DNA from: Minisyncoccota bacterium
GTDB lineage: Bacteria; Patescibacteriota; Minisyncoccia; Phycocordibacterales; JAACPR01
Direction: 5' to 3'
Length of the DNA: 64,000 nucleotides
Assembly (NCBI GenBank): GCA_041674225.1
Contig: JBAYWG010000002.1
Span: 34,841-98,840 of the forward strand
This document shows, piece after piece, positions 10,470 through 22,022 of this stretch (position 1 is its first letter; each line of letters begins with the position of its first letter). A model generated the notes under the pieces. The model was not told the DNA's origin. It did no database searches and saw nothing but the letters and a program-made list of their open reading frames with translations. Both the position numbers and the translations under genes were made by a program.

Positions 10470-11426
10470 ATGGAAGACTCAATAATAAACTTTAATAAAC
10501 AATTTGATTACGAGCCTGTAATTCGAAATGCAGAAAAATTAAAAGAAAACTACGAGCATTTTGTTTTGTGTGGAATGGGTGGATCTCATTTGGCAGCTGG
10601 AATTGTGAAAATGCAAAAACCTGGAGTTGAATTATATGTTCACAAGGATTACGATCTCCCTCCATATTCTGATGATTTTTTGAAAAAGAGTTTATTGATT
10701 GCGAGTTCACATTCTGGAAATACTGAAGAAGTTTTAAGTTTCTTGAGATTTGCACTTGAAAAAGGTTACGACACGGCTGTGATTACAACTGGTGGAAAGT
10801 TATTTGAAATTGCTGTAGCTCAACAATTACCTCACATAGTAATGCCAAACGACGGGCTACAACCTCGTCTTGCAATTGGGTTTTCTACACTTGCACTTTT
10901 GAAAATAATGAAAGAAGAAGATTTAATTTCGACTTTAAAAAATGTTGGACGAAATATTGATTCAAGTAAATTAAAATCAGAGGGAGATTCTTTGGCAAAT
11001 TCTATTGGAGATAAAGTGCCAGTTATTTATGCTTCAAATCAAAATCTACCTATTGCGTATAATTGGAAAATTAAATTCAATGAAACAGGGAAGATACCAG
11101 CTTTTTATAATCTATTTCCAGAATTAAATCATAACGAAATGCAAGGTTTCGACGATGAAAAATATTCTGATAAATTCCATTTTATATTTTTGCATGATAC
11201 AAACGATAATCCTAGAATTGAACAAAGAATGAAAGTTTTGAGTACTCTCTTTGAAGAGAAGGGATTTGTTGTTACAAATTTAGAGCTGTCGGGGCAAACT
11301 GCTTTTGAAAAAGTTTTTTCAAGCCTACTTATAGCTGATTGGACAGCACTAGAGTTGGCAAAAATAAAAGGCACAGATCCGCAATCTGTACCTCTTATTG
11401 AAGACTTTAAGAAAAGATTAAACTAG
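10470..11426 (+). CDS. Bifunctional phosphoglucose/phosphomannose isomerase (SIS domain)
   Basis: [34 protein letters not shown]. Confidence 0.9.
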   Translation: MEDSIINFNKQFDYEPVIRNAEKLKENYEHFVLCGMGGSHLAAGIVKMQKPGVELYVHKDYDLPPYSDDFLKKSLLIASSHSGNTEEVLSFLRFALEKGYDTAVITTGGKLFEIAVAQQLPHIVMPNDGLQPRLAIGFSTLALLKIMKEEDLISTLKNVGRNIDSSKLKSEGDSLANSIGDKVPVIYASNQNLPIAYNWKIKFNETGKIPAFYNLFPELNHNEMQGFDDEKYSDKFHFIFLHDTNDNPRIEQRMKVLSTLFEEKGFVVTNLELSGQTAFEKVFSSLLIADWTALELAKIKGTDPQSVPLIEDFKKRLN

Positions 11427-11857
11427 TTTCTATTTAGTTTATCTCTAATTTCTCTAAGCAGTAAAACTTCCTCTGGAGTTTTTTCTGGTTCACATGGTGG
11501 ACACTCTTCCTTTTTTGCAACACTTTCTCTTAGTTTGTTAATACCTTTTACAACCAAAAATATTGCCCAAGCTACTATTATGAAGTTTATTAATACTGTA
11601 ATAAACAAACCGTAATTTAGCGTAAGTTCAGCTTGAGCTTCTGTGGCTTTCTTTAAAACTATAACTTTGTCTGAAAAATCAACACCTCCTGTTAGAAGTC
11701 CAATTATTGGGTTAATTATATCTTCTACTAAAGAAGTTACTATTTTTCCAAATGCTGTACCAATAACAACTCCGACAGCTAGGTCGACTGCATTACCTTT
11801 TGATATAAAACTTTTAAATTCTTCGATAACTTTTGATCCTTTTTTTATTGCTTCCAT
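11423..11857 (-). CDS. mscL: Large-conductance mechanosensitive channel
   Basis: [19 protein letters not shown]...LLREIRD. Confidence 0.96.
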   Translation of the reverse strand: MEAIKKGSKVIEEFKSFISKGNAVDLAVGVVIGTAFGKIVTSLVEDIINPIIGLLTGGVDFSDKVIVLKKATEAQAELTLNYGLFITVLINFIIVAWAIFLVVKGINKLRESVAKKEECPPCEPEKTPEEVLLLREIRDKLNRN

Positions 11858-11874
11858 GCATGGAATATATCAAA

Positions 11875-12510
11875 TTATGCGTATTTTGGCGACTTAATGA
11901 CCTGTATTACCGTACCGTTGATCATGAAGCTGTCATCTTCGTGAATAAATATTGGTGGAATGCTTTGAGTTGAATCAGAGGCTAGAACTACTTGGTTATT
12001 TTTTTCATCCCAAATATATCTTTTAACATTGGCCATATCGTCTATAACAGAAAGAACAATCTCTCCGTTTCTAGGAGTTTTTCTGTCTGTGTCTATGATT
12101 AGATAATCTCCATCTTCTATTGTTTTTCCATCGATCAAAGCTTTGTTCATAGAAAGCCCTTGTGCTCGGATAGCAAAAATATTTTTACATTTCTTCAGAA
12201 TATTTTTTGAAATCTTTAAATAACCTTGAATGTTTTCTGTAGCTAAAATAGTTGCCGGACCACAGTTGGCTGTACCAGCGATAGGGACTGATACAAGACC
12301 TGTGTTTTTGTTTGTGCCAGAAGTTGCGCGGGTGATTGTTTTAGAATCTTTGTCTATTTTAATTAAACCTTTTTTCTCTAACTGCATTATGTGGTGCTTT
12401 ACTTTTTGTGGAAATTTCTCACCAATCATTTCTCCAATTTGTCTAAGAGTCATACCTCTCAAGCCTTCTTGCCCAATTTTTTGTAATATTTTTTCTTGTA
12501 GGGAATGCAT
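11875..12510 (-). CDS. LexA-like repressor (winged HTH plus S24 peptidase)
   Basis: N-terminal HTH (LRQIGE...VKHHI..LEKKG); ANCG at the cleavage-site position; GLSM Ser and VKR Lys catalytic pair. Confidence 0.85.
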   Translation of the reverse strand: MHSLQEKILQKIGQEGLRGMTLRQIGEMIGEKFPQKVKHHIMQLEKKGLIKIDKDSKTITRATSGTNKNTGLVSVPIAGTANCGPATILATENIQGYLKISKNILKKCKNIFAIRAQGLSMNKALIDGKTIEDGDYLIIDTDRKTPRNGEIVLSVIDDMANVKRYIWDEKNNQVVLASDSTQSIPPIFIHEDDSFMINGTVIQVIKSPKYA

Positions 12511-12575
12511 GTTTTTACAGGTTATTAATAAATATACGCATTATTATAATTGAAAACTAGAAAAAAGTAAAAAAG

Positions 12576-12584
12576 TTATCCACA
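12576..12584 (+). promoter_or_regulatory. DnaA box
   Basis: Perfect TTATCCACA in an intergenic region. Confidence 0.5.
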
Positions 12585-12604
12585 TTTATTTAAAACTAGA
12601 AAAG

Positions 12605-12632
12605 TTGACATACTTTAAATAAATAATAAACT
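12605..12632 (+). promoter_or_regulatory. Sigma70-type promoter divergent from the lexA-like gene
   Basis: TTGACA-16 bp-TAAACT. Confidence 0.5.
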
Positions 12633-12840
12633 ATATTTATTAAAAAATAATTCAAATATCATGTTCTACGATTTTCAAACAAGAAAAAACAGATTACAAA
12701 AGAGAAATAATTTCACAACTAAATTGCACAACGCTCTAAAAGCCTCATCTACATTCAAGTTAACAATGTTCTAGTTGAATTTTACTTCATGATATAATTT
12801 CATGTGTAGTTCAATTATTTAAAATAATTTTAGATTCAAT

Positions 12841-13056
12841 ATGAAAATTCTAAAGAAGGTTGCGTATGTTCTTGTAATAGTAGGAGCTTTGAATTGGGGA
12901 CTTGTAGGTCTGTTTAATTTTAATTTAGTTATGGCTATTTTTGGTGGAGCACCAACAATTGAAAGACTGGTGTATTTATTAGTAGGTATTTCTGCACTTT
13001 TGGTATTAGTTACAAAATGTAAATGCAATACTTGCGATTGTTCTTCTTGTAAATAA
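12841..13056 (+). CDS. DUF378 small membrane protein
   Basis: LVIVGALNWGLVGLFNFNLV..IFG...RLVY.LVG. Confidence 0.9.
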   Translation: MKILKKVAYVLVIVGALNWGLVGLFNFNLVMAIFGGAPTIERLVYLLVGISALLVLVTKCKCNTCDCSSCK

Positions 13057-13057
13057 T

Positions 13058-13435
13058 TTAGTAGTAAAACTCTCTAACCATTTCAGAAACAAATCTAGCG
13101 ATTTCTTCTATTGGAACAGGTCCTAATGCCATGGTTTTTACTCCGTGTTGTTGAAGGAAAGTTAATTCAGCACCTTCGATTAATTTTCCGATGTATAAAA
13201 TTCCAGTTTTTTCCATTTCGGGAACTTCTCGAATTTCTCTTACAAAACCAACAATCGATTCCCAATAAACAGGAACTAAGAAAACAATTGCACCAGGGAG
13301 AGCTACTTTTGCATATTCTAATCCTTCTTTGAAACTTTCTGTTTGATAAACGGCGATATTTTCTCTTTCAAATATAGATAAAAAAGCTTTTGCGTCTGTA
13401 AGTTTCGATATTAAAAGTAGTTGTTTCTGTGCCAT
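13058..13435 (-). CDS. Hypothetical protein, possibly degenerate receiver-like fold
   Basis: 125 aa, alternating beta/alpha pattern, lacks the phospho-acceptor Asp. Confidence 0.5.
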   Translation of the reverse strand: MAQKQLLLISKLTDAKAFLSIFERENIAVYQTESFKEGLEYAKVALPGAIVFLVPVYWESIVGFVREIREVPEMEKTGILYIGKLIEGAELTFLQQHGVKTMALGPVPIEEIARFVSEMVREFYY

Positions 13436-13457
13436 GTTAGTTTTAATAGTTTATCAC

Positions 13458-13500
13458 AGAACACAAAAGACGCTTCTTTTGGAAGCGTCTTTTGTGTTCT
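13458..13500. terminator. 19-bp perfect hairpin downstream of the cold-shock gene
   Basis: AGAACACAAAAGACGCTTC-TTTTG-GAAGCGTCTTTTGTGTTCT. Confidence 0.75.
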
Positions 13501-13514
13501 ACAAACATATTTTA

Positions 13515-13715
13515 TTATGCTCGTGAGATTTTTGAAGCTTGTGGGCCTTTTGGTCCATCTGTAACTTCGAAAGTAACTCGATCACCATCTCGAAGGTCGT
13601 TGAATGCAACATCAACTAGTTCGTTTGCGTGAAAGAATAGATCTTTGTCTGCACCGTCTCGTTTGATGAAGCCGAAACCTCGATCAGTAACTCGGGCAAT
13701 AATTCCAAATTCCAT
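13515..13715 (-). CDS. csp: Cold-shock protein
   Basis: RGFGFI (RNP1), DLFFH (RNP2), GPKGPQA; long leader with TTGACA near 13829-13834. Confidence 0.93.
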   Translation of the reverse strand: MEFGIIARVTDRGFGFIKRDGADKDLFFHANELVDVAFNDLRDGDRVTFEVTDGPKGPQASKISRA

Positions 13716-13896
13716 ATTTTTTTGTTTACTACTGCTAACTTCAAATGCTAAGACTGGGCTAACTCACCTGACCTTGTGTTCCTGCAGCAAAGATTTGACC
13801 TATATATATTAAACGATAAAATGATTTTTGTCAATGCAATCTGGTGTACTGTGTAAAAGTCTTTGGTTGTGGGTTTTACTGGTATAATTTGTCTCT

Positions 13897-14541
13897 ATGA
13901 AAATACATAAAATAGTTGCGCTATCTTGTTCTCCATCAAAAGGAAGAAACTCCGATACTATGCTGAATTCATTTATTGAGGGAGCATCTTCTGTTTCTGG
14001 TGTGGAAATTGAAAAAATCTATTTGAATGATATTTATATTGAGACTTTTAAATTTGAAAACAGCACTGGACCAACTGAAAATGAAAAAGAATTTGCAGAA
14101 CTTGTAGAAAAGATAAAAAATTCTGATGCTTTGGTTATTGCAACTCCAACATATAATTTCTCTGTACCTGCTCAACTGAAAAATTTTATAGATCGAATGC
14201 GATTTTTTTCTTTAGATTTGAATGAAAAAAACTTTTTGAAACAGCCAGTGGGAAAACTTTGTTATCTAAAAACTTATTTTATTGTTTCTGGCGGTACTCC
14301 AAATTGGGCTCAGAAGATTTTGTTTTTTGCATTTCCGCCGTTTTGGCTAAGAGGGATTTTTCTTTATTACAATGCTCATGTGTTAGGAGCTTTGTATAGT
14401 GGAAATGTTAGAACTTTTGAAAATAAAAGTATTTTGAATAATGCAAAAAGAAAGGGAATTAAGTTTGCTCAACACGTAAGAAAAGATAAGAGAAATCGTG
14501 TTCTTGAAAGAATATTCTTTAGGCCACCTCAAGTAGATTAA
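13897..14541 (+). CDS. Flavodoxin family / NADPH-dependent FMN reductase
   Basis: SP..GRNS, DALVIATPTYNFSVPAQLKNFIDR. Confidence 0.88.
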   Translation: MKIHKIVALSCSPSKGRNSDTMLNSFIEGASSVSGVEIEKIYLNDIYIETFKFENSTGPTENEKEFAELVEKIKNSDALVIATPTYNFSVPAQLKNFIDRMRFFSLDLNEKNFLKQPVGKLCYLKTYFIVSGGTPNWAQKILFFAFPPFWLRGIFLYYNAHVLGALYSGNVRTFENKSILNNAKRKGIKFAQHVRKDKRNRVLERIFFRPPQVD

Positions 14542-14562
14542 TATAATGTATAATTCCAAGAT

Positions 14563-15531
14563 ATGTTTTTAACAATAGTTTTTTTGATAGCAGGTTTTCT
14601 ATTATTAATTAAAGGTGCGGATTTGTTGGTTGATGGTTCTTCTTCTGTTGCAAAAAGATTTGGGATTTCGGATTTGATTATCGGTTTAACAGTTGTTGCT
14701 TTTGGAACATCGGCTCCTGAGCTTGTTGTGAATATTGTTTCGGCTGTGCAAGGTAATTCTGAAATAGCGATTGGAAATATTTTAGGAAGTAATATCGCAA
14801 ATATATTATTAATTTTGGGTATCACTGCGATAATTGTTCCTATAACTGTACAACGTTCTACAACTTGGAGAGAAATTCCTTTTGCTTTGCTTGCTGTATT
14901 GATGTTGGGGGTAATGGCAAACGACGTTCTGATCGATGGATTGCAATCATCTTTCATTTCTAAGTCTGACGGGGTGGTGATGATAGGATTTTTTTCAGTA
15001 TTCATGTATTACATTTTTGGATCAGCAAAGAAAAATGTTCAAGAGTATGGAGATGAGGAAAGTAATACAAAGCAGTATGGTGTTATAAAATCTTTGCTTC
15101 TGATTGTTGGAGGTTTGATCGGATTAGTTTTGGGAGGAAAATGGGTTGTGGATAGTGCAATTTATTTAGCAACTGCTTGGGGAATGAGTGAAGCTGTTAT
15201 TGGGTTAACTGTGGTAGCTATTGGAACATCTTTGCCAGAGTTAGCGACATCAGTTGTGGCTGCGACAAAAGGAAAAGCCGATATTGCTATTGGAAACGTT
15301 GTTGGTTCAAATATTTTTAATATCTTCTGGATATTGGGAGTTACATCTTTAATTGCACCACTACCTTTTTCTGAAAGTAGTAATATTGATATTTTTGTCA
15401 CAATTTTTGCGACAATATTATTGTTTGTTTGGATGTTTACAGGAAAAAAACACAGACTTGATCGATGGCAAGGTGTGATTTTTGTGATTCTTTATGCGGT
15501 TTACGTGTATCTTTTGCTGACTCTTAGATAG
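14563..15531 (+). CDS. yrbG: Calcium/sodium antiporter (YrbG/CaCA family)
   Basis: Two alpha repeats GTSAPE...GNILGSN and GTSLPE...GNVVGSN. Confidence 0.92.
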   Translation: MFLTIVFLIAGFLLLIKGADLLVDGSSSVAKRFGISDLIIGLTVVAFGTSAPELVVNIVSAVQGNSEIAIGNILGSNIANILLILGITAIIVPITVQRSTTWREIPFALLAVLMLGVMANDVLIDGLQSSFISKSDGVVMIGFFSVFMYYIFGSAKKNVQEYGDEESNTKQYGVIKSLLLIVGGLIGLVLGGKWVVDSAIYLATAWGMSEAVIGLTVVAIGTSLPELATSVVAATKGKADIAIGNVVGSNIFNIFWILGVTSLIAPLPFSESSNIDIFVTIFATILLFVWMFTGKKHRLDRWQGVIFVILYAVYVYLLLTLR

Positions 15532-15568
15532 GTGTATACTATTTCTCCAATAAGTTAAGTTTATTTAA

Positions 15569-16885
<1,317 letters not shown>

Positions 16886-16889
16886 TTAT

Positions 16890-18377
16890 ATGAGTAAACA
16901 AGTAGCACTAATTGTTTTGGATGGTTGGGGTTATCGAGAAGACTCTGAGCACAACGCTGTTGCAGTCGCCAAGACTCCAAATTTTGATGAACTTTGGAAT
17001 AAATATCCACATAGTTTGTTGGAAGCATCTGGACTGCATGTTGGTTTGCCAGAAGGGCAGATTGGTAATAGTGAAATTGGTCACACAACAATTGGTGCTG
17101 GGAAAGTAATTGATACTGATTTGGTTCGTATTAATAAATCTATCGAAGATAATTCTTTTTCTGACAATGAAGTTTTTGAAGCTTTGTTTGAGCAAACTAA
17201 AAATAATAATTCCAAACTTCATGTTTTGGGCTTGATTGGAAAAGGTGGGGTGCATTCACACCAGGATCATCTGTTAGCATTTTTAAAACTTTGTAAACAA
17301 AAAAAAATTTCAGAAGTTTATCTTCATTTATTTACAGATGGTCGTGATGCTTCTCCTTATGAATCTGTAAAAGATATTGAGGAAATTAAAAAGGTAATTC
17401 AAGAAGTGGGTATTGGGGAAATTTGTAGTATTTCTGGAAGATATTTTGCGATGGATAGAGATAACAATTGGGACAGAGTAGAACAAGTTGAAAAGATAAT
17501 CTTTCATTGTGAAGGAAATATTTGTCAGGTGACTCCAGAAGAAGAAATTCTTGCTCAACATCAATCTGGAAAAACTGATGAACACATTGAACCATTCATT
17601 GTGCGAGAAGTGCCGATTTCACAAGGTGATGCTGTTTTGTTTTTTAATTATCGAGCGGATAGAGCTAGAATGTTGACTGAAAGAATTTTAGCCAGAAAAG
17701 AAGAAATGAATTTATTTTTTGCAACACTGACAGAATATTCTAAAAATTATGAATGCGCTGTAGCTTTTCCTCCGATTGCTATTGAGACAACAATTGCAAA
17801 TGAAGTTTCAATTGCAGGATTAACACAAGCTCATATTGCTGAGACAGAAAAATTTCCTCACGCTACATATTTTTTAAATGGTGGAAAAGAAGAACCACAT
17901 GACGGCGAAGAACATGTGATGTTGCCGAGTCGAAAAGATGTGCGAACTCACGATGAAGCTCCAGAAATGAGAGCAGAAGCGATTGCCGATGAAGCGATAA
18001 AAAGACTTGAAGACGGTGTGAACTTTATTTTTATAAACTTCGCAAATCCAGACATGGTGGGGCATACAGCAAATGTTGAAGCGATTGTGACAGCGGTGGA
18101 AACTGTTGATAGAGAATTGAAACGCGTTTTGGATGTTTTGCATGAAAGAGGTGGAGTTGCTTTCGTGACTGCGGATCATGGAAATGCTGAAGTGAATTTT
18201 GATTCTGAGAAAAATGAAAAACACACAGCTCATACTTTAAACAGAGTGCCTGCGATTATTACAAAAAATGGAATTGAAATGATTGATGGTTCACTGAAAG
18301 ATATTGCTCCGACAATTTTGAATTTGTTGGATTTGGATAAACCAAAAAGTATGACTGGAGAGGTTTTGTTTAAGTAG
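16890..18377 (+). CDS. gpmI: 2,3-bisphosphoglycerate-independent phosphoglycerate mutase
   Basis: LDGWG, GNSEIGH, DGRD, ETEKFPH, NPDMVGH, TADHGNAE. Confidence 0.97.
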   Translation: MSKQVALIVLDGWGYREDSEHNAVAVAKTPNFDELWNKYPHSLLEASGLHVGLPEGQIGNSEIGHTTIGAGKVIDTDLVRINKSIEDNSFSDNEVFEALFEQTKNNNSKLHVLGLIGKGGVHSHQDHLLAFLKLCKQKKISEVYLHLFTDGRDASPYESVKDIEEIKKVIQEVGIGEICSISGRYFAMDRDNNWDRVEQVEKIIFHCEGNICQVTPEEEILAQHQSGKTDEHIEPFIVREVPISQGDAVLFFNYRADRARMLTERILARKEEMNLFFATLTEYSKNYECAVAFPPIAIETTIANEVSIAGLTQAHIAETEKFPHATYFLNGGKEEPHDGEEHVMLPSRKDVRTHDEAPEMRAEAIADEAIKRLEDGVNFIFINFANPDMVGHTANVEAIVTAVETVDRELKRVLDVLHERGGVAFVTADHGNAEVNFDSEKNEKHTAHTLNRVPAIITKNGIEMIDGSLKDIAPTILNLLDLDKPKSMTGEVLFK

Positions 18378-18400
18378 AATTAGAAAAAATAAAAAAAAAC

Positions 18401-18436
18401 GAAGCCCGGGCACACACAATTGTGTGCCCGGGCTTC
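18401..18436. terminator. Hairpin terminator (A-tract on the left, so minus-strand or bidirectional)
   Basis: GAAGCCCGGGCACAC-loop-GTGTGCCCGGGCTTC, 15-bp stem. Confidence 0.8.
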
Positions 18437-18651
18437 TTGGACTTCATTGAAGTTTTGGTGGCGACAGGATTACTCCTCTTCGCCTTCTTCGATGCGTTGA
18501 TGTGGAATTCCGAGATTGGTTTTCATGGTGTTTTTGGGTTCAAAAACAAAGTCTTTCTAGGTCAGTTGACCAGAATTTAGAAAGAGCATTTGTTAAGTCG
18601 GGCATTAGTATAAATATTAATAAAAATTTGTCAACACTAAAATACGCACTT

Positions 18652-18990
18652 TTATAAGACGATTTTTTGGTCGTCATGGGTCAGACTAAAGTTGTGTTTA
18701 ATACTGAAATTTTGCAGGGTTTTGAGAGTTCTTTCAAAATTATTCGAGTATAGATAGATCTCTTGTTGGCTGGCGTTGTCTCTAATTGAAAGCAAAACAG
18801 CGGGATGTTTTTGTGATACTTTTATTCTTCTTTTGCCACGAAGAGATGGTAATCCCGCTTTGATTATTCCTGGAGAAATTTTGGACACACTAGAGCACTT
18901 TGAAAGATAATCACAAACCAAAATACCGGCAGGAATCAAAGACGTATGATTACCGCTAAATTTACCTCCGTTTCGAGAATTCTTGGACAT
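18652..18990 (-). CDS. DUF2103-like small protein
   Basis: KF.G.HTSLI...KISPGII...QEIY pattern. Confidence 0.55.
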   Translation of the reverse strand: MSKNSRNGGKFSGNHTSLIPAGILVCDYLSKCSSVSKISPGIIKAGLPSLRGKRRIKVSQKHPAVLLSIRDNASQQEIYLYSNNFERTLKTLQNFSIKHNFSLTHDDQKIVL

Positions 18991-19102
18991 GCATTGAATA
19001 TACATCTTTATCCTCAAAATATCATTAAAATAAAAAATATCTAAAATATGATAAAAATCCTTTAGAACGCAGAGCCTTCAAATATGTTAAAATCGCTTGG
19101 TC

Positions 19103-20794
19103 ATGATGACTCAAACAGAAGCACTAAAAATATTGAAAATGGGAAAGAATGTTTTTTTGACGGGTCCTGCCGGATCAGGAAAAACATATATTCTAAATGA
19201 GTATATTAATTTTTTGCGACAGCACGGTGTGGATGTGGCGGTGACTGCTTCTACTGGTATTGCTGCAACTCACTTAAAGGGAACTACAATCCACTCTTGG
19301 GCTGGGATCGGAATTAAAGATTTTCTAACTGATTATGATTTAGATAATTTGCAACAGAAAGAATATTTGTGGAAACGTTTTGAAAAAACAAAAGTTTTGA
19401 TTATTGATGAAATTTCGATGTTGAGTTCATCTACTTTGGATTGTATAGATAGAGTCGCAAAAATTTTTAAAAGAAACGAAGAACCATTTGGAGGATTGCA
19501 GATTATTTTTTCCGGAGACTTTTTTCAGCTGCCACCGATTGAAAAAAGACCAGTTTATAATGAGCAAACTATTTTTATGGATGAAGAGGAAAATTCTAGA
19601 ATTCCTTTTGCGTTTAAATCTAAAGCTTGGAAAGATTGTGATTTGCACACTTGTTATTTATCTGAACAATTTCGGCAAGAAGACAATGAACTTTCGACAG
19701 TACTTTCGGAAATTCGTGATGGAGAACTTTCGCAAAAATCTTTGGAAATTTTAACTAAAAGAATTATCAAAGAAGATAATCCTGATATTACAAAACTATA
19801 TACTCACAATATAAATGTTGATACTTTCAATCAGAAGAAACTAGAAAGTTTAAATACTGAAGGGAAAAATTATTTAATGATTGGAAAAGGGAAACCAAAT
19901 CTTTTGGATGCTTTAAAAAGAGGGTGTTTGGTACAAGAAAAATTAACTTTGAAAAAAGGTGCTTTGGTTATGTTTGTAAAGAATAATCCTATCGCTGGTT
20001 ACGTAAATGGAACTGTTGGAGAAATTATTGGTTTTGAAGAAGGTTATCCTGTGGTTCTTACAAAAAATGGTGAAAGATTTGTGGCTGCGCCTCAAAGTTG
20101 GGCGGTGGAAGAAGGTGATAAGGTTTTGGCAGAAATATCTCAGGTGCCTCTAAAACTAGCTTGGGCTGTGACAATTCATAAAAGCCAGGGAATGACTCTA
20201 GATAAAGCGATTATAGATTTGTCGAATTCTTTTATTGAAGGACAGGGTTATGTGGCACTTTCGCGGGTAAAAACTTTGGATGGATTATTTTTGAAAGGTT
20301 TTAATAAGATGGCTGTGGCTGTGCACGATGAAATATTAAATTTAGATAAAGATTTGAGAGATCATTCAGATAAGCTTTGTATGTATGTGAATGGATTAGA
20401 GGTTGATGAATTTCAAGATGAACACCAAGAATTTTTTGAAAAAATTGGTGCAAAGAAACATAAAGTAAAAGATGAGGTGGGTGAAAAACTAAGCACTTAT
20501 GAAATTACTCACAAAATGATTAAGTCTAAAAAATCTTTAGAAGAAATGGCAGAAGAAAAAGTGGTAAAAGTTTCGACAATTTTAGCTCATATTGAAAAGC
20601 TTTTGGAAGAAAAAGTTATTACAAAAAAAGATATTGAATATTTAAAGCCAGATACAAAAGAATTTAATAAAATGTTTAAAGAGATTAATGTGGTTTTAAA
20701 AAAAGTTGGTGCGGATAAACTAACTCCTATTTTTAATGCACTAGATGGTAAATATACATTTGAGGAAATAAAGTTTACGAAGATTTTTTGTTAA
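19103..20794 (+). CDS. PIF1/RRM3-like SF1B helicase with C-terminal helix-turn-helix
   Basis: GPAGSGKT, ASTGIAA, IIDEISM, GDFFQLPP, AWAVTIHKSQGMTL, YVALSR. Confidence 0.92.
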   Translation: MMTQTEALKILKMGKNVFLTGPAGSGKTYILNEYINFLRQHGVDVAVTASTGIAATHLKGTTIHSWAGIGIKDFLTDYDLDNLQQKEYLWKRFEKTKVLIIDEISMLSSSTLDCIDRVAKIFKRNEEPFGGLQIIFSGDFFQLPPIEKRPVYNEQTIFMDEEENSRIPFAFKSKAWKDCDLHTCYLSEQFRQEDNELSTVLSEIRDGELSQKSLEILTKRIIKEDNPDITKLYTHNINVDTFNQKKLESLNTEGKNYLMIGKGKPNLLDALKRGCLVQEKLTLKKGALVMFVKNNPIAGYVNGTVGEIIGFEEGYPVVLTKNGERFVAAPQSWAVEEGDKVLAEISQVPLKLAWAVTIHKSQGMTLDKAIIDLSNSFIEGQGYVALSRVKTLDGLFLKGFNKMAVAVHDEILNLDKDLRDHSDKLCMYVNGLEVDEFQDEHQEFFEKIGAKKHKVKDEVGEKLSTYEITHKMIKSKKSLEEMAEEKVVKVSTILAHIEKLLEEKVITKKDIEYLKPDTKEFNKMFKEINVVLKKVGADKLTPIFNALDGKYTFEEIKFTKIFC

Positions 20795-20824
20795 GATTTT
20801 GAAAAGAAAAAACTGTAACGCGAG

Positions 20825-21019
20825 TTACAGTTTGGGGTCTGGTGTGACCACTCCTATCATACAAGGCAGGATGTATATTTCCGATAGTTTTTTGTCTGGA
20901 AAATGTTCTTTGATTGCATTGACCAGATCTTCTGCTGTCACTTTTCCGACATGATAGAAGGATAAAGATATAGTTTTTCCTGACTTTTTATTAACAGTGA
21001 ACTTTTGTTCTTCTGGCAT
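20825..21019 (-). CDS. Small orphan protein
   Basis: 64-aa ORF with its own TTGACA (21073-21078) and an A/C-rich leader. Confidence 0.5.
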   Translation of the reverse strand: MPEEQKFTVNKKSGKTISLSFYHVGKVTAEDLVNAIKEHFPDKKLSEIYILPCMIGVVTPDPKL

Positions 21020-21151
21020 TGGTAATTGGGTTGATGTTCAGTTTTTTAAAACATTAACTTTTTAATCAATAATGTCAAATGGTGTTTTTAAAATGGTGTA
21101 AAATAAATGCAAAGTTCTTAAATAATTAAACAAATAGAAAGGGTATTATCG

Positions 21152-22009
21152 ATGAATAAATATAAAATATCTAGATATTGGTGGAAACACCATGCCTATA
21201 AGCCTGTGGTTTTTGGGATGATTGGATTGCATTTATTGGCCGCTTTGGCTTTTTTACCTCAGTTTTTCAGCTGGAGTGGACTGGTTATTTTTGCGTTTTT
21301 GTATTGGGTTAGTGGTGGTTTGGGTATTACGCTCTGCTACCATCGCTTGCTCACACACAAGTCTTTCAAGACGCACCAGTGGTTTAAAAATATTCTAACT
21401 ACATTCGCTTGTTTGGCTGAGCAAGGGTCTCCTCTTGTTTGGGTGGATACTCATCGTTATCATCACAAACACTCGGACGAGGATTTGGATCCTCATTCTC
21501 CTGTGCATGGATTCTTTTGGGCACACATGCTTTGGGTTTTGACTAAAGTTCCGGAAGATTTCAATGCAACAGACAGAGTAAAAGACTTGAAGAGAGAAAA
21601 AGCAATGTTGTGGTTTCATCGGTATTGGTGGTTACCTCAAATTGTTTTGATGGTCTTACTCTTTTTTGCAGGGTTACTCTTCGGAGGATTTAATTTGGCG
21701 ATCTCTTGGGTGGTGTGGGGAATTGCTTTACGAACAGTCGCGGTATTCCATGCGACATGGTTTGTGAACTCTGCAACACACACGTGGGGGTCTCGAAATT
21801 TTAGTGATACCGGAGATAATTCTCGAAATTTGTGGTGGGTTGCACTACTTTCTTTTGGAGAAGGTTGGCACAACAATCATCATGCGGATCAAAATTCTGC
21901 ATCTCATGGGATGCGTTGGTATGAATTTGATATAACATATCAGACGATTAAGTTCTTAGAGCTTATTGGTTTGGCTTGGGATGTGAAATTGCCAAAGGTG
22001 AAATTGTAA
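21152..22009 (+). CDS. Delta-9-type acyl-lipid/acyl-CoA fatty acid desaturase
   Basis: Three His boxes HRLLTH, HRYHH and HNNHH; DPHSP..GF..AH; VNS..H.WG; GEGWHNNHH. Confidence 0.95.
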   Translation: MNKYKISRYWWKHHAYKPVVFGMIGLHLLAALAFLPQFFSWSGLVIFAFLYWVSGGLGITLCYHRLLTHKSFKTHQWFKNILTTFACLAEQGSPLVWVDTHRYHHKHSDEDLDPHSPVHGFFWAHMLWVLTKVPEDFNATDRVKDLKREKAMLWFHRYWWLPQIVLMVLLFFAGLLFGGFNLAISWVVWGIALRTVAVFHATWFVNSATHTWGSRNFSDTGDNSRNLWWVALLSFGEGWHNNHHADQNSASHGMRWYEFDITYQTIKFLELIGLAWDVKLPKVKL

Positions 22010-22022
22010 AAAGTTTAAAAAT

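Noticed and set aside
12576-12584. Replication origin
   Set aside because: Single DnaA box with no dnaA/dnaN or box cluster; the same applies to the box at 56275.
14538-15401. Antisense and overlapping ORFs in the track (e.g. 14538-15005, 23980-24246, 31883-32263, 49985-50398, 61711-62097)
   Set aside because: Shadows of well-supported genes on the opposite strand, with no motifs of their own.
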